From Chiloscyllium plagiosum (lineage: Eukaryota), in the NCBI RefSeq assembly GCF_004010195.1, contig NC_057719.1:71154831-71218830 (forward strand): a stretch of DNA of 64,000 nt. The letters run 5' to 3'. Below, in pieces: positions 37,588 to 51,489 of this stretch. Positions within the stretch are counted from its first letter, which is position 1; every line of letters starts with the position of its first letter. A model generated the notes under the pieces. The model ran no database searches, was not told the DNA's origin, and saw nothing but the letters and a program-made list of their open reading frames with translations. A program made the translations under genes and the position numbers.

Positions 37588-39719
37588 ACCGTGAATGGTG
37601 CTACAAACTGCAAGTCTTGTCCAAAATTCAAGTATACAGTGGTATAACTTTTATGTGATTCATTTTCATAGTCATAAGAATATGGGCAATGTGCCATAAA
37701 TTTCTAACATGCATTCCTAATAGAGAAGGTTAATTTTAGGAAACATGAGTACACAGACTTATTCACTTTGTTAAATATTGCAGTTCAGACCAATTTATTA
37801 TTTGCAAGTGCCCATTGCCAATTGTGAAGGCTTTTAGGTCAAAAATCTGGTAAAGATTTTGTTGTTGATATAAAACATCACTTGCTTCATACTGCAGAGT
37901 AACTCCTTTCTCCTTTTACTTCCTCGAATATTAAATAGTTTTGTTTTTGACTAGATTTTCCATTTTATATTTGCTCAGAGTAACAGTGATTATTGCTGTG
38001 TCACGTGTATTTTTCTACATCTGCACATCTCACAGGAGGTGAATGAACTGAGATCAGCTTTCGAATGACTTGCTCTGATTACACTTGCCCTCCCAGCTCA
38101 CCTAACATGACTGCAGAGACTTGTAGTGATAATGTAGTATTTATCAAAGATGGGCTTTTTAAGTGGATCAATACATTCCGTCTTAGTCAGGGTGTTCAGG
38201 TTTTGAAGCCCAGAATAGCTGACACAGTGGTCATACTATAGTGGCTTGTGGTAAAACATTCCACACTAAGCTATTTTAATGTGCTTATCTCAATCAATAA
38301 GGTTAACTGCATTTGCCAGCATTAGGGTCAATAAAATGTGTACTTGTTCAATACCAGAGCTCACTTCAATATTAGTTTGTACTTCCAAGTGAATCTTGCC
38401 ATCATGATGCTCACCATAGAAAATGCCATTGCATAAAAGATGAATTTTGTCAGTTGAATTTCATTTTTATTTTCATAAAAAAGAGCCAGTGTACAATCAA
38501 GTGCAGTCTCTAACATTATTGCTTTGGGATTTCTTTGCTGTATACTTGAAGACAAATTTAATTAATGAGTATTGATGAAGGGCAGTGTTATTTTATGGAG
38601 TGATGTTAATTCATACATGGAAGTAAATAACTCACTTGGTTTTAATTTGATTCAAATGTATTTGTACCTGCATTTTAGTCTTTCTGTGTTCAACACAATT
38701 TGTATCCATTTTGCACAAGAGTTAAAATTGGACAGTGAAAATGCCAACTACAATGAATGTACTGGGATGTAATGTAAAATAGTTTGAAATTGAAGAATAA
38801 TCCTACATTAACCCTAACCGAACTGTGATACTATTCATTTTAATGCATAGCCAAAGATACTACAATTCAATAAACATTTGAATTAAATATTTGAATAAAA
38901 TTTATAACAATGAGCTGTTTACAGCAAGAAATATATTTCTCTTTCCATGAGTTGTACAAGCACTTCTCCTTGAAAAACGTTAAGACTATTTTGTGATGGA
39001 AAAGATCAGAGCTCACCATTCAGTACTCTTATAGGTGCTCCAAGACTTGTCATGAGCATTAAGGCAGCAACTTGATGCTGTTATCTATCTTACCCAGTGT
39101 GCTATCTTCTGCAGAGGATCTGTGACCTGTAAAAACAAGGCAAACAAATGTGCACTCCTGCATGCGATCAGATGAGGGCTGGAGTTCAACAAAATTGACC
39201 AATTCAGACCAAAGAATGTCCACAGGACATTGGGAACCAGGGTTTGCCAACACTGTGGCTAGGGTCGTGTTGGTGGTTGTGTGGAGTTGTCACAGTCAGG
39301 TTTATGCCTAAAAAGCAACCTGATTAAGAGAGCGGAGAGCAGTTAAAATCAAATCATTCACTTACCACCTCCACAAGGGGTGAGGAGCTGGAGCAGTGGT
39401 AGTTTTAGGAGAGTTGGCATTGATCTAAGGGATGGAGCATTGATCTATTTGTGGCAAGCTATTGATCTTGCGAGGGGAATGGATCTCAGGGTGCTGGAGA
39501 AGATGGGATCTTCAGGAATGAGGGCGTGGGAATTAAAGACCTGGGTTGGAGAGAGGTTTGAAATCCTGGAGTCTCAAGGCAGGAAAGTGGAGGCTTTAGA
39601 AGTAAGTGGAAGCCTGAATTTGGACTGGAGATGCAAGAAGGGGAAATCAGAAGATATAAGAGCAGGTTTAAGGCCTGGTAGGTGGGAAGTTGGAGTTGTT
39701 TGAAGACCTGAGGACAAAA

Positions 39720-41130
39720 ACAGAGACCTCAGGAGGGGTAGGAACAGGTGTAGCACATTTAAACTCTTGAACATATTCCACGATTTAATGAGATCATGGT
39801 TTACCTGTGACATGACTACACCTGGTGTAATACTTTATTCCATTCCCTTTAACTAACAAATATCGATCTCAGTTTTAAAATTAACAATTAATCAAACATC
39901 AATAGCTTCTTGTGGAGAAAAGTCCCAGACTTCAACCAACCTTTTTTTTGAGAGTGTTTCCTGTATTGATTCCTGAAAATTATGCCCTAACGTTTTTCAC
40001 TATGCCCGCTAGTCCTTTACTGCCGATTTTATTTTCCAATCTGGTCTGTTTGCTGCCCTTAATCTTGAAAGCTTCAATTAACCTGCTAAATTCTTGGAAA
40101 TACAATTTGGCTTTTTCGATCTCTCTTTTAGCTTAATCCTTGGAGTGCATCTCATTTAAGTAAAGTAATACTGCACTCCCTACACACACCCCCAACTCTT
40201 CACAATAACTCCAGGTGTGTGGCTTGAGCAGGGATTTATACAGCGAAGCATACATTCTACACTCCCCTACTCTCAACTTAGTCATCTAGATATATTGGCC
40301 AGCATTTTATTCATCTTTTGGATTATATTCTGTACCTCCTCTTAGCATTTTAATAATCTGTGTATCTGGTCCCCAAGTTCCTTTGAACCTCCAACATTTC
40401 TAGCTTTTTTACTATGTTGAAAGTTACCCGTTCATTCCTCGCTAAAATAAAAATTCCGTCAGGGTTGTGGTCCCTCAGATCCATCTTGAAGCATCCAACA
40501 TTCCCAGTGTTCTGACATCAACATTTAAACATCAGAAGACCAATGCCACCACCCTTCTGATCAATGATCTCACATTAACCTATTGGTTTGAAGTATATTT
40601 GCCATTCACCAAAATCTATCAATGTGTGGTCTCTTTGTAACTTCAACTCACACCTTTATTACTTAAAATACCACTTATCTTTGGGCAAATATGGATATTT
40701 ATCTTGCTGCCCCATCATCTAATTTGCAGTTGAATACAAGGAATTGTCAAAATCCTGTTAGATCCTTCTAGGATATTGCCAGTCGCATCCTGCCACTTGT
40801 ATGGGATCCTTCTTATTTGTATCCTTCCACTCAACCAATTTTCTAACCAGGTCAGTGGTTTTCCATCAATTTCATAAGTTTCAACTTCAGCTAACAGTCC
40901 CTAATGAAACACTTTATCAAAGGATTTTTGGAAGGTCGCAGTGATAATGTCTATAGACATTCCTCTCTTGACTATCTTAGTCACCTCTTCAAAAAAGTCA
41001 AAACCGTGCTGCCTGTCTCTGACCATTGAAAATGTTCATGGTATTCAGCTAGTCTATCCTAATTACAGATTCTGGAAATCTCCGAAATAATGAGTTAGCT
41101 TACCTGATTTACCATTACTTGGGTTCCCTC
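39720..41130 (-). mobile_element. Old CR1-like LINE fragment
   Basis: 3' UTR-like gtaggaacaggtgtagcacattt...aatgagatcatgg, and RT-like reverse complement actttatcaaaggatttttggaaggtc...gtcacctcttcaaaaaa. Confidence 0.55.
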
Positions 41131-41471
41131 TGTCAACTTTCTCATCACTGGCCTGAGGTTTGATCAGAGAGCTGGAAGGGGTGTTGCGAGGTGATAATAC
41201 ATTTACCTCTTGATTCAACAGTCCTGTTATTTCTTTTGTTGCTGGGTTTCCCAAAGCTCAGGAACTTAACAACAATACAAAAGTGTGTGAGAACATTGGC
41301 TCCCTCCTAACATTAAAGACACTGGATCTTCATAAAGTTTTTCAAGACTGGCTTTGCATGGAACTTGAGTGATACCATACCTGGCATAAATCTCAAGCAG
41401 TGTGAGCCTAGGTTCTGGAGTAAGTCTCAATGTGTTTGGCTAAACCTACTCAGCAATCATGTTCTAAACGG

Positions 41472-41598
41472 TAATAAAACAAAGAACTGAGATGCTGAAG
41501 ATCTGAAACAAAAACAGAAGCTTCTGGTGAAACTCAGCCAGTCTGGCTGCATCTCTGTGAAGAAAGCTTTGAATCCGTTGACTCTTCATGAGAACTGG
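41472..41598 (-). mobile_element. Decayed Penelope terminal fragment
   Basis: aaaacaaagaactgagatgctgaagatctgaaac...aactcagccagtctggctgcatct, related to 31675-31766; decayed hammerhead gttctcatga-agagtc-aacg-gattc-aaag on - strand. Confidence 0.7.
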
Positions 41599-42574
41599 AT
41601 TTCTTCCTATTTTCTCCACACACATCACACACCAAAGGTCAATCAGTCTCTCTGTGCTAAGCCAGAGTCTGCTTTTCATTAATGTATAAGTGGTGAGGTA
41701 ATAAGTGGAACAAAACAAGATACAATTTTACCGGCATTCTGGAAATCCAAACATTCTTTTTGGAAAAATTTATATACACAGCATAGAAATATCCATTTTA
41801 CCAAGATCATTATGCCAAAGGTGTTAATCATCTCCAATTACCAACAATGTGCATTAATATGGATTCAACTGACATTTTTAACATTATGTTGCCTTTGGAG
41901 CAAAATTTTGAGGATTAAGAATGAAGAAACAAGATGATTCAGAAGAAGCCCAATTGTTGGGAAGGTTCTTAAATAGTTTTCTGTGGTCTATTCACAAAAG
42001 GAATAAAGGAAGAGGTCAAGAAAGCAAATACATTTGTATTTCTTAGTGGAAAATTTTCAGAAACTGAGAACTGCACTAATGAACTGTGCCAGTAGCAATT
42101 ACTTGCTGGAATTTGATGATCTGGAAAATGAAAGCGTGATTCCTAGTGAACAATAATGCAATTAAATAAAGCTTTGAGACATCCCATGCTACTGTGTGAT
42201 CATGAAACATGCAGTGGAATTTTCGGATGCATGTCACATGTTTTTTGGATGTTACAATTGCCCTCAGAGGTCGAAAATGATGCCTGAAGTGCATCCACAC
42301 GTATTTTTGATGTTGGTCACAAAATATTGAGAAGAGTGTTAGAACACATACATCAGTGAGAATTGGAATTACATAGATTAGCAACATCATGATGTATTTT
42401 GATATATTTGCACTCCCTAACAGCGCTGTGAGTATCCATACTGCATGAAGGGCACTAACGACCAGCTTTTTGAGGATAATTTGGGATCGGTAATAAATGC
42501 CAGCCTAGGCAATGGCATTTCAAAAGAAAAACCAAAAGATAAGCTTGATGCCAGCACTGCCAGTTTGGAGCTCA

Positions 42575-42924
42575 GTGTGCATCAGGAAAGTAACTAATAT
42601 AATCAAAGATCCTTCCCACCCCGGTTATACTCTCTTCCATCTTCTTCCATCAGGCAGAAGAGATAAAAGTTTGTGTACATGTATGAATAGATTCAAAAAT
42701 CGCTTCTTCCCTGCTGTTATCAGGCTTTTGAATGGACTTCTCAAATGTTAATGTTGATCTCTTTCTGCACCTTCTCGACAGCTGTAACATTATATCCTGC
42801 ACTCTGTTATGTTAACGTGATACAATTATATAAGTATTGTCATACATGTTTGTAAAGCATGTATGACAACACTTTTCACTGTACCTCGGTACACATGTCA
42901 GTAATAAATCAAATCAAATCAAAA
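42575..42924 (+). mobile_element. Rex1/Babar LINE 3' end
   Basis: CIRKVTNIIKDPSHPGYTLFHLLPSGRRDKSLCTCMNRFKNRFFPAVIRLLN; tail aataaatcaaatcaaatcaaa. Confidence 0.88.
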
Positions 42925-43719
42925 TCTTAATCATGCACAGCAAAATACACACTCATCACAGGAAGTACTTCTACTCACTCTGTTTAGGAAGTAGATTAGT
43001 TGCTCACTGATTACTTCTGAGGGTTGTTAGATTCTACAAGCCTTTGGTGCTTCCTAACACTCTTCAAAGTTTCTCCAATCCTTTGGGCATGAAATGGCAG
43101 TTTTTGAAGGTTTGAAAATTATTCCCATAAGCCTTTGCACAAGCCAGTTGCTCTGGGGCATGGCTGCAGTGGTACACATTGGACAGCGGCACAGATAGAA
43201 GAATGAGTAGAGGTGATACAGACTGGGGGAAACCATTGGAAGAGGAAGGAGGTAAAAGGGGGAAAATACCCTTAGTAATTGATCAAATCTGCCCAGGTTG
43301 TACTCTCAAATCTCTGATCTGGTCCTGACTGAAATCTGCTACCTGCTGAACCAGAGCAAGGCAAGAACCAATCTGCCTGCAGTTGACTTTCATGTTTCCA
43401 GCTCCTTCAATTTGGAACCAGAAACATTTGTAATTTCTCAGCATTTGCCATCCACTGTTGTATAAGAAGAATCCCTAATATTCCCTGTTCCTCACGAGAT
43501 AAATTTATTTCATTCTCTCTTGCAAGAAAGCAGCTGGCATAACAAGCACAGGGCTTTGCTTAGTCCTGGATTGTGTCAAGCCTTTTCAGCATTGTTGGAG
43601 CTGCATGCAACTATCTACTAGCAACTACTAATCACCCTTGCATTGCAGGTAGAATGACTATCAAGCTCTGAATACTGGAAGCCTGCTCACCAGCAAGTAA
43701 GCCAAAAAGAATCAAGAGA

Positions 43720-44150
43720 ACAGAACAGCTGTCTCAATCTGAGTGTGTTCAACCAATCACAGTCAAAAAGACAAGGACAAAAAACTTAATTCAACCTGCA
43801 AGATTAAGACTCTCAAAAGCCCTAGCTTGACTATCAGTATTCCCTCTCTATTCTTCACATGTGATTCAGGGACTTATGTATGTCTTTTATATCTGTTCTT
43901 TTGCACTCTGTTCTCATTTCTAGTCTGTATTATATTTTTTATTTCTTCTCATGTTCGGTAACTGATAATCTCACACATTTGTTCACTCAAAAAAGCCTGC
44001 TTAAGTTGGTTGATTTTAAAACTTCAATTCATTTGGTCTGGGAGGAAGGTATCCATAAGGGAGGGGATCCTTTGTAAATTAATATGTTGCAATCAACCAA
44101 GGCAGGGATATGTACAGAGGGGTTCAATCCTCCTCACCTGGGAACTTTGT
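43720..44150 (+). mobile_element. Possible decayed LTR 3' portion
   Basis: Ends ...gggttcaatcctcctcacctggga, resembling recalled fish/shark LTR ends; no clear TG..CA or TSD. Confidence 0.3.
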
Positions 44151-45994
44151 GGTATTTGTACAATTCATACAATTTGAGTTATCCAATCTACAACTATAAT
44201 AAATTGAAAAACATTGCCTAGGGTCTGGCCCTAATAATACTGCAACTTTGATGTAGTGAATCATCCTGAGGTACTTGACAAAGAGACAGAAGTTAGGCAG
44301 AAATTGACAGCAATCCAAAGAAGCATAACTTAGAACAGCTGAACAAAAAATGTAGCTTTTAAGGAGCACCTTAAAGGATAAGAGTGGGAGGGCAGAGAAG
44401 CCAGTGAATGAGCAATGCAAGTGAAACACAAATGAATTATTTAGCATTTGAGTGATCATATGTTTCCAGATTGGACAGCTCTGGTTATATACACCCTCTA
44501 GGTTGTTTCACCTGTGTTATAATTATTCTCCTTTCCAATCTGTCCTACATGATCTCAGAAAAGAAAGTTTCATTATTTGTATTGAGCTTTCCATAAAGTG
44601 TATGATAAATGCTTGTTCTGCTGAAGCCAGCTAGAATTCAGCTAACTCCATCTCTAAATTTATAGAAACCACAAAAAAGTATTCAGACAACGTATATGTT
44701 ATACCACAGAAATTAAATAACTTCCTGGGGAAACATGTCCAAGCCTGCTCCACTGATCACAATTTCAGTGAGTATAAAGACTGGTGGACTGGATCCACCT
44801 GGTTAAATCCCTTGCAGGAAAATATCAATTAATCTTCTTCAATAGAACTGAAGCATGAGTAATCCTCTCGTTAAATTGTTTGACCCATTCTTTTTGTAAA
44901 CAAAAGAGATGCAAAAAACTGATTTGTCTTTCCTTGTTTTCATGGCGAATCTTCAAGAGGCTTAAGCACAACCTCTGGACGCTCTCAGTTCTTTCAGTCA
45001 ATGGTCACTAATGACTGATTTAAGGCAAATGCAATTAAGACAGATAACTGCTTCTAAGGAGCCTATTGTGAATGTGCACATGCATGTATTTTTAAGAGTG
45101 TAAACGTACCTTTATCTTTTGGAAGCATCTTGGCAATTAGCTTTTGGTAAGTTGGTGATGGCAATGAAAAGTCAAGTACTGTGTCTGAACCTTTAATAGA
45201 TCTTGTTTATTCCGTGATTGAAAATCATGAGAATGGCAGTGACAGACATAGAAATAACAACTTACTTTGAAGTCATTTATGATCTCCATCGATTTGAAGC
45301 TGCGCCTGAGGTAGAAACACGTCTGAACCTTTTCAGGCAAAGAATTGATGGTGCAAAGGCAGCACATGGCCAATCTAGGAGGCCTGATGTGAAGCCAGTC
45401 CAAGCTCTCGCAGGAGGCCTCATAAAAATGAAGTGTATGACCTATCACCACTTGTTAGTCTGCACAAGCAGCTCTCTTATGTTGCAACTTCTTTCAGGGG
45501 ACCTATCTCACTAATGGAGACCTGAGTTAAGTGCTCAGTAATATTTGGGCAATGCTAGACAATGTTTGGGATTCATTCGTACCATTTATATCCATATGCT
45601 ACTGCAGGTAATAATACTCTAGCATCATCGCCTGCCTCTCAAAGGCAATTTGGAATGGACAGCAATGCTATCACATCTTCATCTCATAAATAATTAAAAG
45701 AGATAAAGTAACTAGACAGATTAAGCTATTTCAATGTTAAGATGGGCTATCAAAACATTAAGATTAACCAAAGATAGAGACATAGGATCTGGTTAACAAA
45801 GACCTCTTCAGCAACCAACCATCAATAGTACACTATAATCATATGAAAAGATACAATTACAAAGCACTTATGCCAAATGTAGCCATTTTCTGCTGTCAAC
45901 CTCCCCCCACCCCCCCCCACCTCGCCCACCACCACCACCAAGTTGGCCTGTATGTACACATACTGCATCAGACACATAGGAGGAATTATCTGCA

Positions 45995-46095
45995 GTAAAA
46001 GCTGAAAATGTGAGACAAACTCAACAGGTCTACCAATATCTATGGAGAGACAAACAGAATTAACATTTCAAGTCCACCTCTTCTTTGAAACTGAA
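45995..46095 (-). mobile_element. Highly decayed Penelope terminal fragment
   Basis: aaactcaacaggtctaccaatatctatggagagacaaacagaattaacatttcaagtc resembles 31695-31750. Confidence 0.55.
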
Positions 46096-46332
46096 AATCA
46101 GTTGGTGTTTGGTCAACTGCCTGGAGGCAGACCAGGGTCCAGTGCTCCAAGCAGGCTTGGAGGACCTCCCACTTCTGATCCAGCCATGTTCAATGTGTGG
46201 AAGGGATCCTCTCTATTCTGGAGACCAAAGTGCTAAGGGGTTTAAGTAATTTTAACGCATTTAAATTTTTTAATATTAATTTCTGTTTGGAAGTTTACTG
46301 ATGAAGAGAAGGCACCTCAAACTGAAGATTTC

Positions 46333-46366
46333 CTCTCTCTCTCTCTCTCTCTCTCCCTCTCTCTCT
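46333..46366. repeat. (CT)n microsatellite
   Basis: ctctct... run. Confidence 0.9.
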
Positions 46367-48744
46367 TCCTTGCTTGAAAATGGCAGCCTGCTGCTACTGC
46401 AGTGTTAATGGTGTCTTATTGGCCATTCACCTTTGAGAGCCTGTCCAAATGATTGACAAGACTCCCTTCTTCCCACAATTGGTAAATTCAGGGAAAATCA
46501 CTGCCCAGTGCCTGCCCCACATGTAGTTTGGTGTTCTGACCCCCATTTAACCCCAATGCTTAGGCCGAAAATTAGAGGGCAAAATCCTGCCCACCAATTT
46601 ATGCCAACTGATGTGTTATTCAGTCTACAGTCTCATATGCCTGAGGCAACATTACAGGAACAAGTTTGTGACTGGATAGCAATGTTCTAATTTTCATGAT
46701 GACCTAGTTTGAGTGACCCACAGCACTCAGTGACATACTCAGTCTTAATGTATTGACTGATTTGAGTCTACCTGATGTTGGGATCAGTGAAATCAGTCTC
46801 AACCCAATAACTTGATAAGAGAAAACCACAACACAACATGTCAGTAGGTGAAGGCGGAGTCAGCTCAGCAAAATTAAAGCAATGCTTGACTGCTCTGCGT
46901 TATGATGTTTGTACTGAGCTTTTGCAGCTATGTCAACAGATAATCACAGTGCAACAAGCACATTAAATAATCACACTGGCACATGTTTTAGAGCTTTTGT
47001 GTTAATTATGCTATCATTAATCCTTTCTAGTATTGCATATTTCACATTTTTTGTGGTTAAACATCTATTATTAATTTGACAGTTCATTTTTTTCCCAAGA
47101 TATCATACATAAAATTGAATTTCACAAATATTAGGATTACATTTCTTAACAATATGAAAATGTTTAAGTTTTCTTTAGCTTGTAGTATCTACCAACGCAG
47201 TTTGTAAGAGGTGGTTTTCCAGCATTTGTGTTTCATGCTCCTTCGTAATTAAATGCATTGTCCTAACAAATTAACATCCAATGCATTCAAACCTTGTGGC
47301 AGGGGGAGTGATGGAATGGGAAGTGGAATAAAGGGGGTGTAACCACGTCCCATGGAGTCAAGAATTTATAACAGGCCATTAAGTAGATTTGTGAGTTCCC
47401 ATCTTTCCTTGTGACTTTTCAAGAGCAGTCATCAGTTTACTTCCTGACTTAAAACCCAAATCCCAGCTTTGTTTTGCACAACATTTCCACAATGCATTGC
47501 CCACCCCCCACTGATAAAGAGCCATTCAGCTCAGAACTCCTGGAGGAGCAGAAAACATTCAGCTTCAACCGAAAACCAACCAAATGTACCTGCCTGCGTC
47601 TGTTCAGTAAGATTTATATTAGATTAAAAATGTCTCTTCATTATTTTATCTTCATTCACATGTTTGCTAACAGTTTTCACAACCCTATCACAACTAAATC
47701 CCAAACATCTACTCTGCCTCAGTAGCTTAATTAAGAAAGTCTTTGCTTTGTATGAGTTAATATCCTTTGATAAGGGATGATATGTAATAAGATGAGTTTT
47801 GAACTCAAGACTAGCCATCAAATGTTTTCCTTTTTCAGTATAAATATGTTGCTGTGTAGTATAACCAAGCCTGAAATCTAATCCTGGGTCTAGGCTGAAT
47901 TTGTTAAGATGACAATGAGTCTTTAATTTGTCTTCTATAATTCCAAAACTCTGAGATCATTTACATATAATTCAGCAGACCTTTGACCTTTCAAATAGTG
48001 AAGCATTTTGACAATCACAGTCTTACTCCATTAAAATAAAACTGTAAAATACAAGACAGTATTCAGTTAAAGACTCATCATCAGAATAGAACATCCTTTC
48101 TCTTTGTAGTACTCAGACCTATTTTCACTTAAGGATTTTAACAATGTCCCCCACTTTTTGTGCTTTGCATTTGAGTTCTACTTCTTGACCACTGCAGAAT
48201 TTGCTAAGTATTCCAATCTTTCATTTTTATTTCAAATTTCCAACATCTTCATTTTTTTCCCCCACTTTCATGCTTTTTGCTTAGCTTACAATTTACAAAC
48301 ACCCTAGTTTACAATTTTCATCTCCTTTCTTCTAAATAACATTTTACTGCTTCTTAGGATGTTCTTTGGATCCCGGTATATAATATATAGTTCTTGAATT
48401 TTACAAAAAGAACGTTTGTTAAACTTTTGACACAAAACTGTACCCATCACTGACTGAATTGTTCCATTTTTGGCAAAACTCTTTTATCAAGTGAGATTCA
48501 TGGCACCCAGTCCGCCATCTCCCATGAGGACATTTTTCTTGTGATCTTCTGCTTTTCAGCTCATTGATTAGCCAATGATGCTCTCTGATGCTCATCTCAT
48601 CAAATTGAATGTTGTGAAAGTTGGAAGTGTTTCTTGTGACCACCACTATGTGACATTCATGGTTATGGCAGCATATTTGAACTGTACTTCATATACTGCG
48701 AGCCACGATTTGCCCCTTTACAACTGGCTGGTGCATTGCTATCC

Positions 48745-48970
48745 CCAAGGAAATGGCCCAGAAACACAAGTTTTTCCTTCCTTGGATTTGAATGTACTGG
48801 TTAATGGGATGGAGGAAGTGGTTTATCCCGCAGACCAGCAAAGGAGGACACACCACCAGACAAAACTGGCCCAGGTTAAGATAGTCTGGATCAGTGCAGG
48901 GTTTTGGATGAAATGTAACACTTTGCAGTGTGAAGAGAGGGGTTGTGATCTTCTTCACTCTGAAAGGATA
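48745..48970 (+). mobile_element. Harbinger Myb/SANT-like ORF relic
   Basis: FPSLDLNVLVNGMEEVVYPADQQRRTHHQTKLAQVKIVWISAGFWMKCNTLQCEERGCDLLHSER resembles Myb_DNA-bind_5-type F...DLE.LV.....R..VL.P.......W..IA..VSA.....R...QCRK...DL; followed by a decayed donor-like ataagt. Confidence 0.65.
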
Positions 48971-49179
48971 AGTGCCACCATTTTCTCACTGCTACATCAC
49001 ACGCAAAATGTCATCACTCATTCTAACTCCGCACAGCACAAGACCACAACCAAGGCTCATGGACTACAGTACTCACTACTGAATGCATGGTGTCCACACA
49101 GTTGCTCTCTCCAAAACTATTAACCTATCCTGCTGTCTGCCTTTCCTATACACTCACGGAAGCATCTTATATCCTCTCC

Positions 49180-49320
49180 TAATAAAAGCAAAAGACTATG
49201 AATGATAGAAATCTGAAAAAAAAATGGAGAACTCTGGAGAAACTCGGCAGATCAGGAAGCATCTATGAAGAGAGCAACAGTTAAGTTTTCATTCAAACAT
49301 GAGTCCTCTACAGAATTGAG
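49180..49320 (-). mobile_element. Highly decayed Penelope terminal fragment
   Basis: aaaagcaaaagactatgaatgatagaaatctgaaa...ctggagaaactcggcagatcaggaagcatct, homologous to 41472-41598. Confidence 0.55.
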
Positions 49321-49324
49321 TTAA

Positions 49325-50050
49325 TTGAGTTGTGGACGGGATTAGATTTTTGAGGCATTGATGCAGTTTCTGAGGTAGATGTACAAGTTGGACAGACTAC
49401 ATCTGAACAAGAACATCCTCACGGGGAGGATTTCTAATGCTCTTTGGTTGGATTTAAACTAAATTGGCAGGGGGAATAGGATCCTGGCATGTAGTACAGA
49501 GGACAGAAATGCTGAGATGGAATTAGAAGTTAAAACAGTAATGGATGAGTCTGGAAAGCAGAGAAAATATAGGCTCGGTGAGAAGTGCATTTAGCAAAAC
49601 TAAATGGAATGTATTATCAGGAGCCTGAGGAATAAGACAGTCAAGCTGAGGGTACAAATTGGCCCATTGAAGTATGATATCATAGCTATGACCAAGTTTT
49701 GGTTGAATGGTGGGCAAAATTGGCAGCTCCTCATTCCTGGAAGAGTATTCAAACGAGATGGAGAATGGGTAAAAGAGGAAAGTTTTGTAATGTTGATCAA
49801 GGAATCAAGTATATCGGTGAGAGCGGATATTATCTTGGAAGGATCACCAAAGAGAGTAAAAAACATAACAGAGACAAACAATTTGTTCGATGTTCACTGA
49901 AGGCTTGCAAATACTCAAGGAGAGATACAGAATCAAATATGAAGTCAAATTTCAGAGTTCTGCAAGAATAATAAGGCTGTAATAGTGACAAGTTTATCTA
50001 CCCAATTTTAAACTGGGTTAGTTTTTAGTGTGCAAACTAAGGATGAAGCA
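49325..50050 (+). mobile_element. Old CR1: ORF1 esterase end and APE endonuclease start
   Basis: tacaagttggacagactacatctgaac (YK.DGLHLN-like); IRSLRNKTVKLRVQI..KYDIIAMTKFWL..QNWQLLIPGRVFKRD (APE N-terminus). Confidence 0.8.
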
Positions 50051-50053
50051 TAA

Positions 50054-51460
50054 TCATACAGTCATCGAGATGTACAGCATGGAACCAGACCCTTCGGTCC
50101 AACTTGACCATGCCAACCAGATATCCTGAACTATTCTATTCCCATTTAACATAGAACATAGAACATAGAAAAATACAGCAGTACAGGCCCTTTGGCCCTC
50201 GATGTTGGAAAACAGCCCCAAGTGCCTCAGCCTTTCCTCATACGATCTTCCTACCATACTAGGCAACATCCTGGTAATTTGCCAGCATTTGACACATATC
50301 CCTCAAAACCCTTCCTATTAATTTACCCATCCAGTTGCCTTTTAAATATTGTGATTGCACCAGCGTCCACCACTTCCTCTGGCAGCTCATTGCATACACA
50401 TACCACCCTCTGCGTGAAGAAGTTGCCCCTTACATCACTTTTAAATCTTTCCCCGCTCATCCTAAACCTGTGACCTCTAGTTATGGTCTCTCACAACCCA
50501 GGTAAAGGACCTTGTCTATTTACCCTATCCATGCCCCTCATGATCTTATAAACTTCTATAAGGTCATCCCTCAGCCTCTGACATGCCAGGGAAAACAGCT
50601 CCAGCCTATTCAGCCTCTCTCTGGAGCTCAAACGCTGCAACCTTGGCAACATCCTTGTAAATTTTTTCGGAAACCTTTCAAGTTTCACAACATCCTTCCT
50701 GTAAGAGGGAGATCAGAATTGTACAAAACATTCCAAAAGCGGTCTAACCAATGTCCTATACAGCCACAACATGACCTCCCAGCTCCTATACTCGATGCTC
50801 TGACCAGTAAAGGAAAGCATATCAAATGCCTTCTTCACTATACTATCTACCTGTGACTCCAATTGCAAGGAACTATGAACCTGAATTTCAAGGTCTCTTT
50901 GTTCAGCAACACTCCTCAGGACATTTCCATTAAGTGGATAAGTCCTGCCCTGAATTGCTTTTTCAAAATGCAGCACCTCACGTATTTCTAAATTAAAATC
51001 CATCTGCCACTCCTCGGCTCATTGGCCCATCTGATAAAGATCCCATTGTACCCTGAGGTAAACGCTGTCCACTGCACCTCCAATTTTAGTGTCATCTGCA
51101 AATGTACTAACTGTACCTCCTATGTTCACATCCAAATCATTTATATAAATGACGAAAAGCAGTGGACCCAGCACCAATCCTTGTTACACACCGCTGGTCA
51201 CAGACTTTTAGTCTGAAAAGCAACCCTCCACTGCCACCATCTGTCTTCTACCTTTGATCCAATTCTGTATCCAAATGGCTAGTTCTCCCTGTATTCCCTG
51301 TGATCTAACCTTGCTAACCAGTCTCCCATGGGGAACCTTGTCGAACAACTTACTGAAGTCCATATAGAACACATATATTGCTCTACCCCTATTAATCCTC
51401 TTTGTTACTTCTTCAAAAAACTCAATCAAGTTAGTGAGACATAATTTACAATGCACAAAA
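50054..51460 (-). mobile_element. CR1-clade LINE inserted antisense into older CR1
   Basis: CLTNLIEFFEEVTKRI..YMDFSKLFDKVPHGRL; LYRTLVRPLLE; tail tcatacagtcatcgag. Confidence 0.93.
50148..50277 (-). mobile_element. Nested LINE 3' fragment with internal deletion ((AACATAG)n tail)
   Basis: aacatagaacatagaacatagaaaaatacagc...gatgttg|gaaaacagcccc...ctggtaa interrupts cccattt|gccagc of the host; attt duplicated. Confidence 0.8.
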
Positions 51461-51489
51461 ACGAGAAAATAGAGCAGGAAATTAAAGGC

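Noticed and set aside
45218..45514. 98-aa ORF with protein-like composition
   Set aside because: No recognisable family, no ATG start or splice context; probably a decayed repeat
46297..46325. ctgatgaagag...ctcaaac hammerhead-like string
   Set aside because: Lacks G12 and the cleavage triplet; likely chance
48575..49123. 182-aa ORF as a domesticated Myb/SANT gene
   Set aside because: Key Trp and basic residues are decayed and the start codon is non-ATG; best explained as a transposon relic
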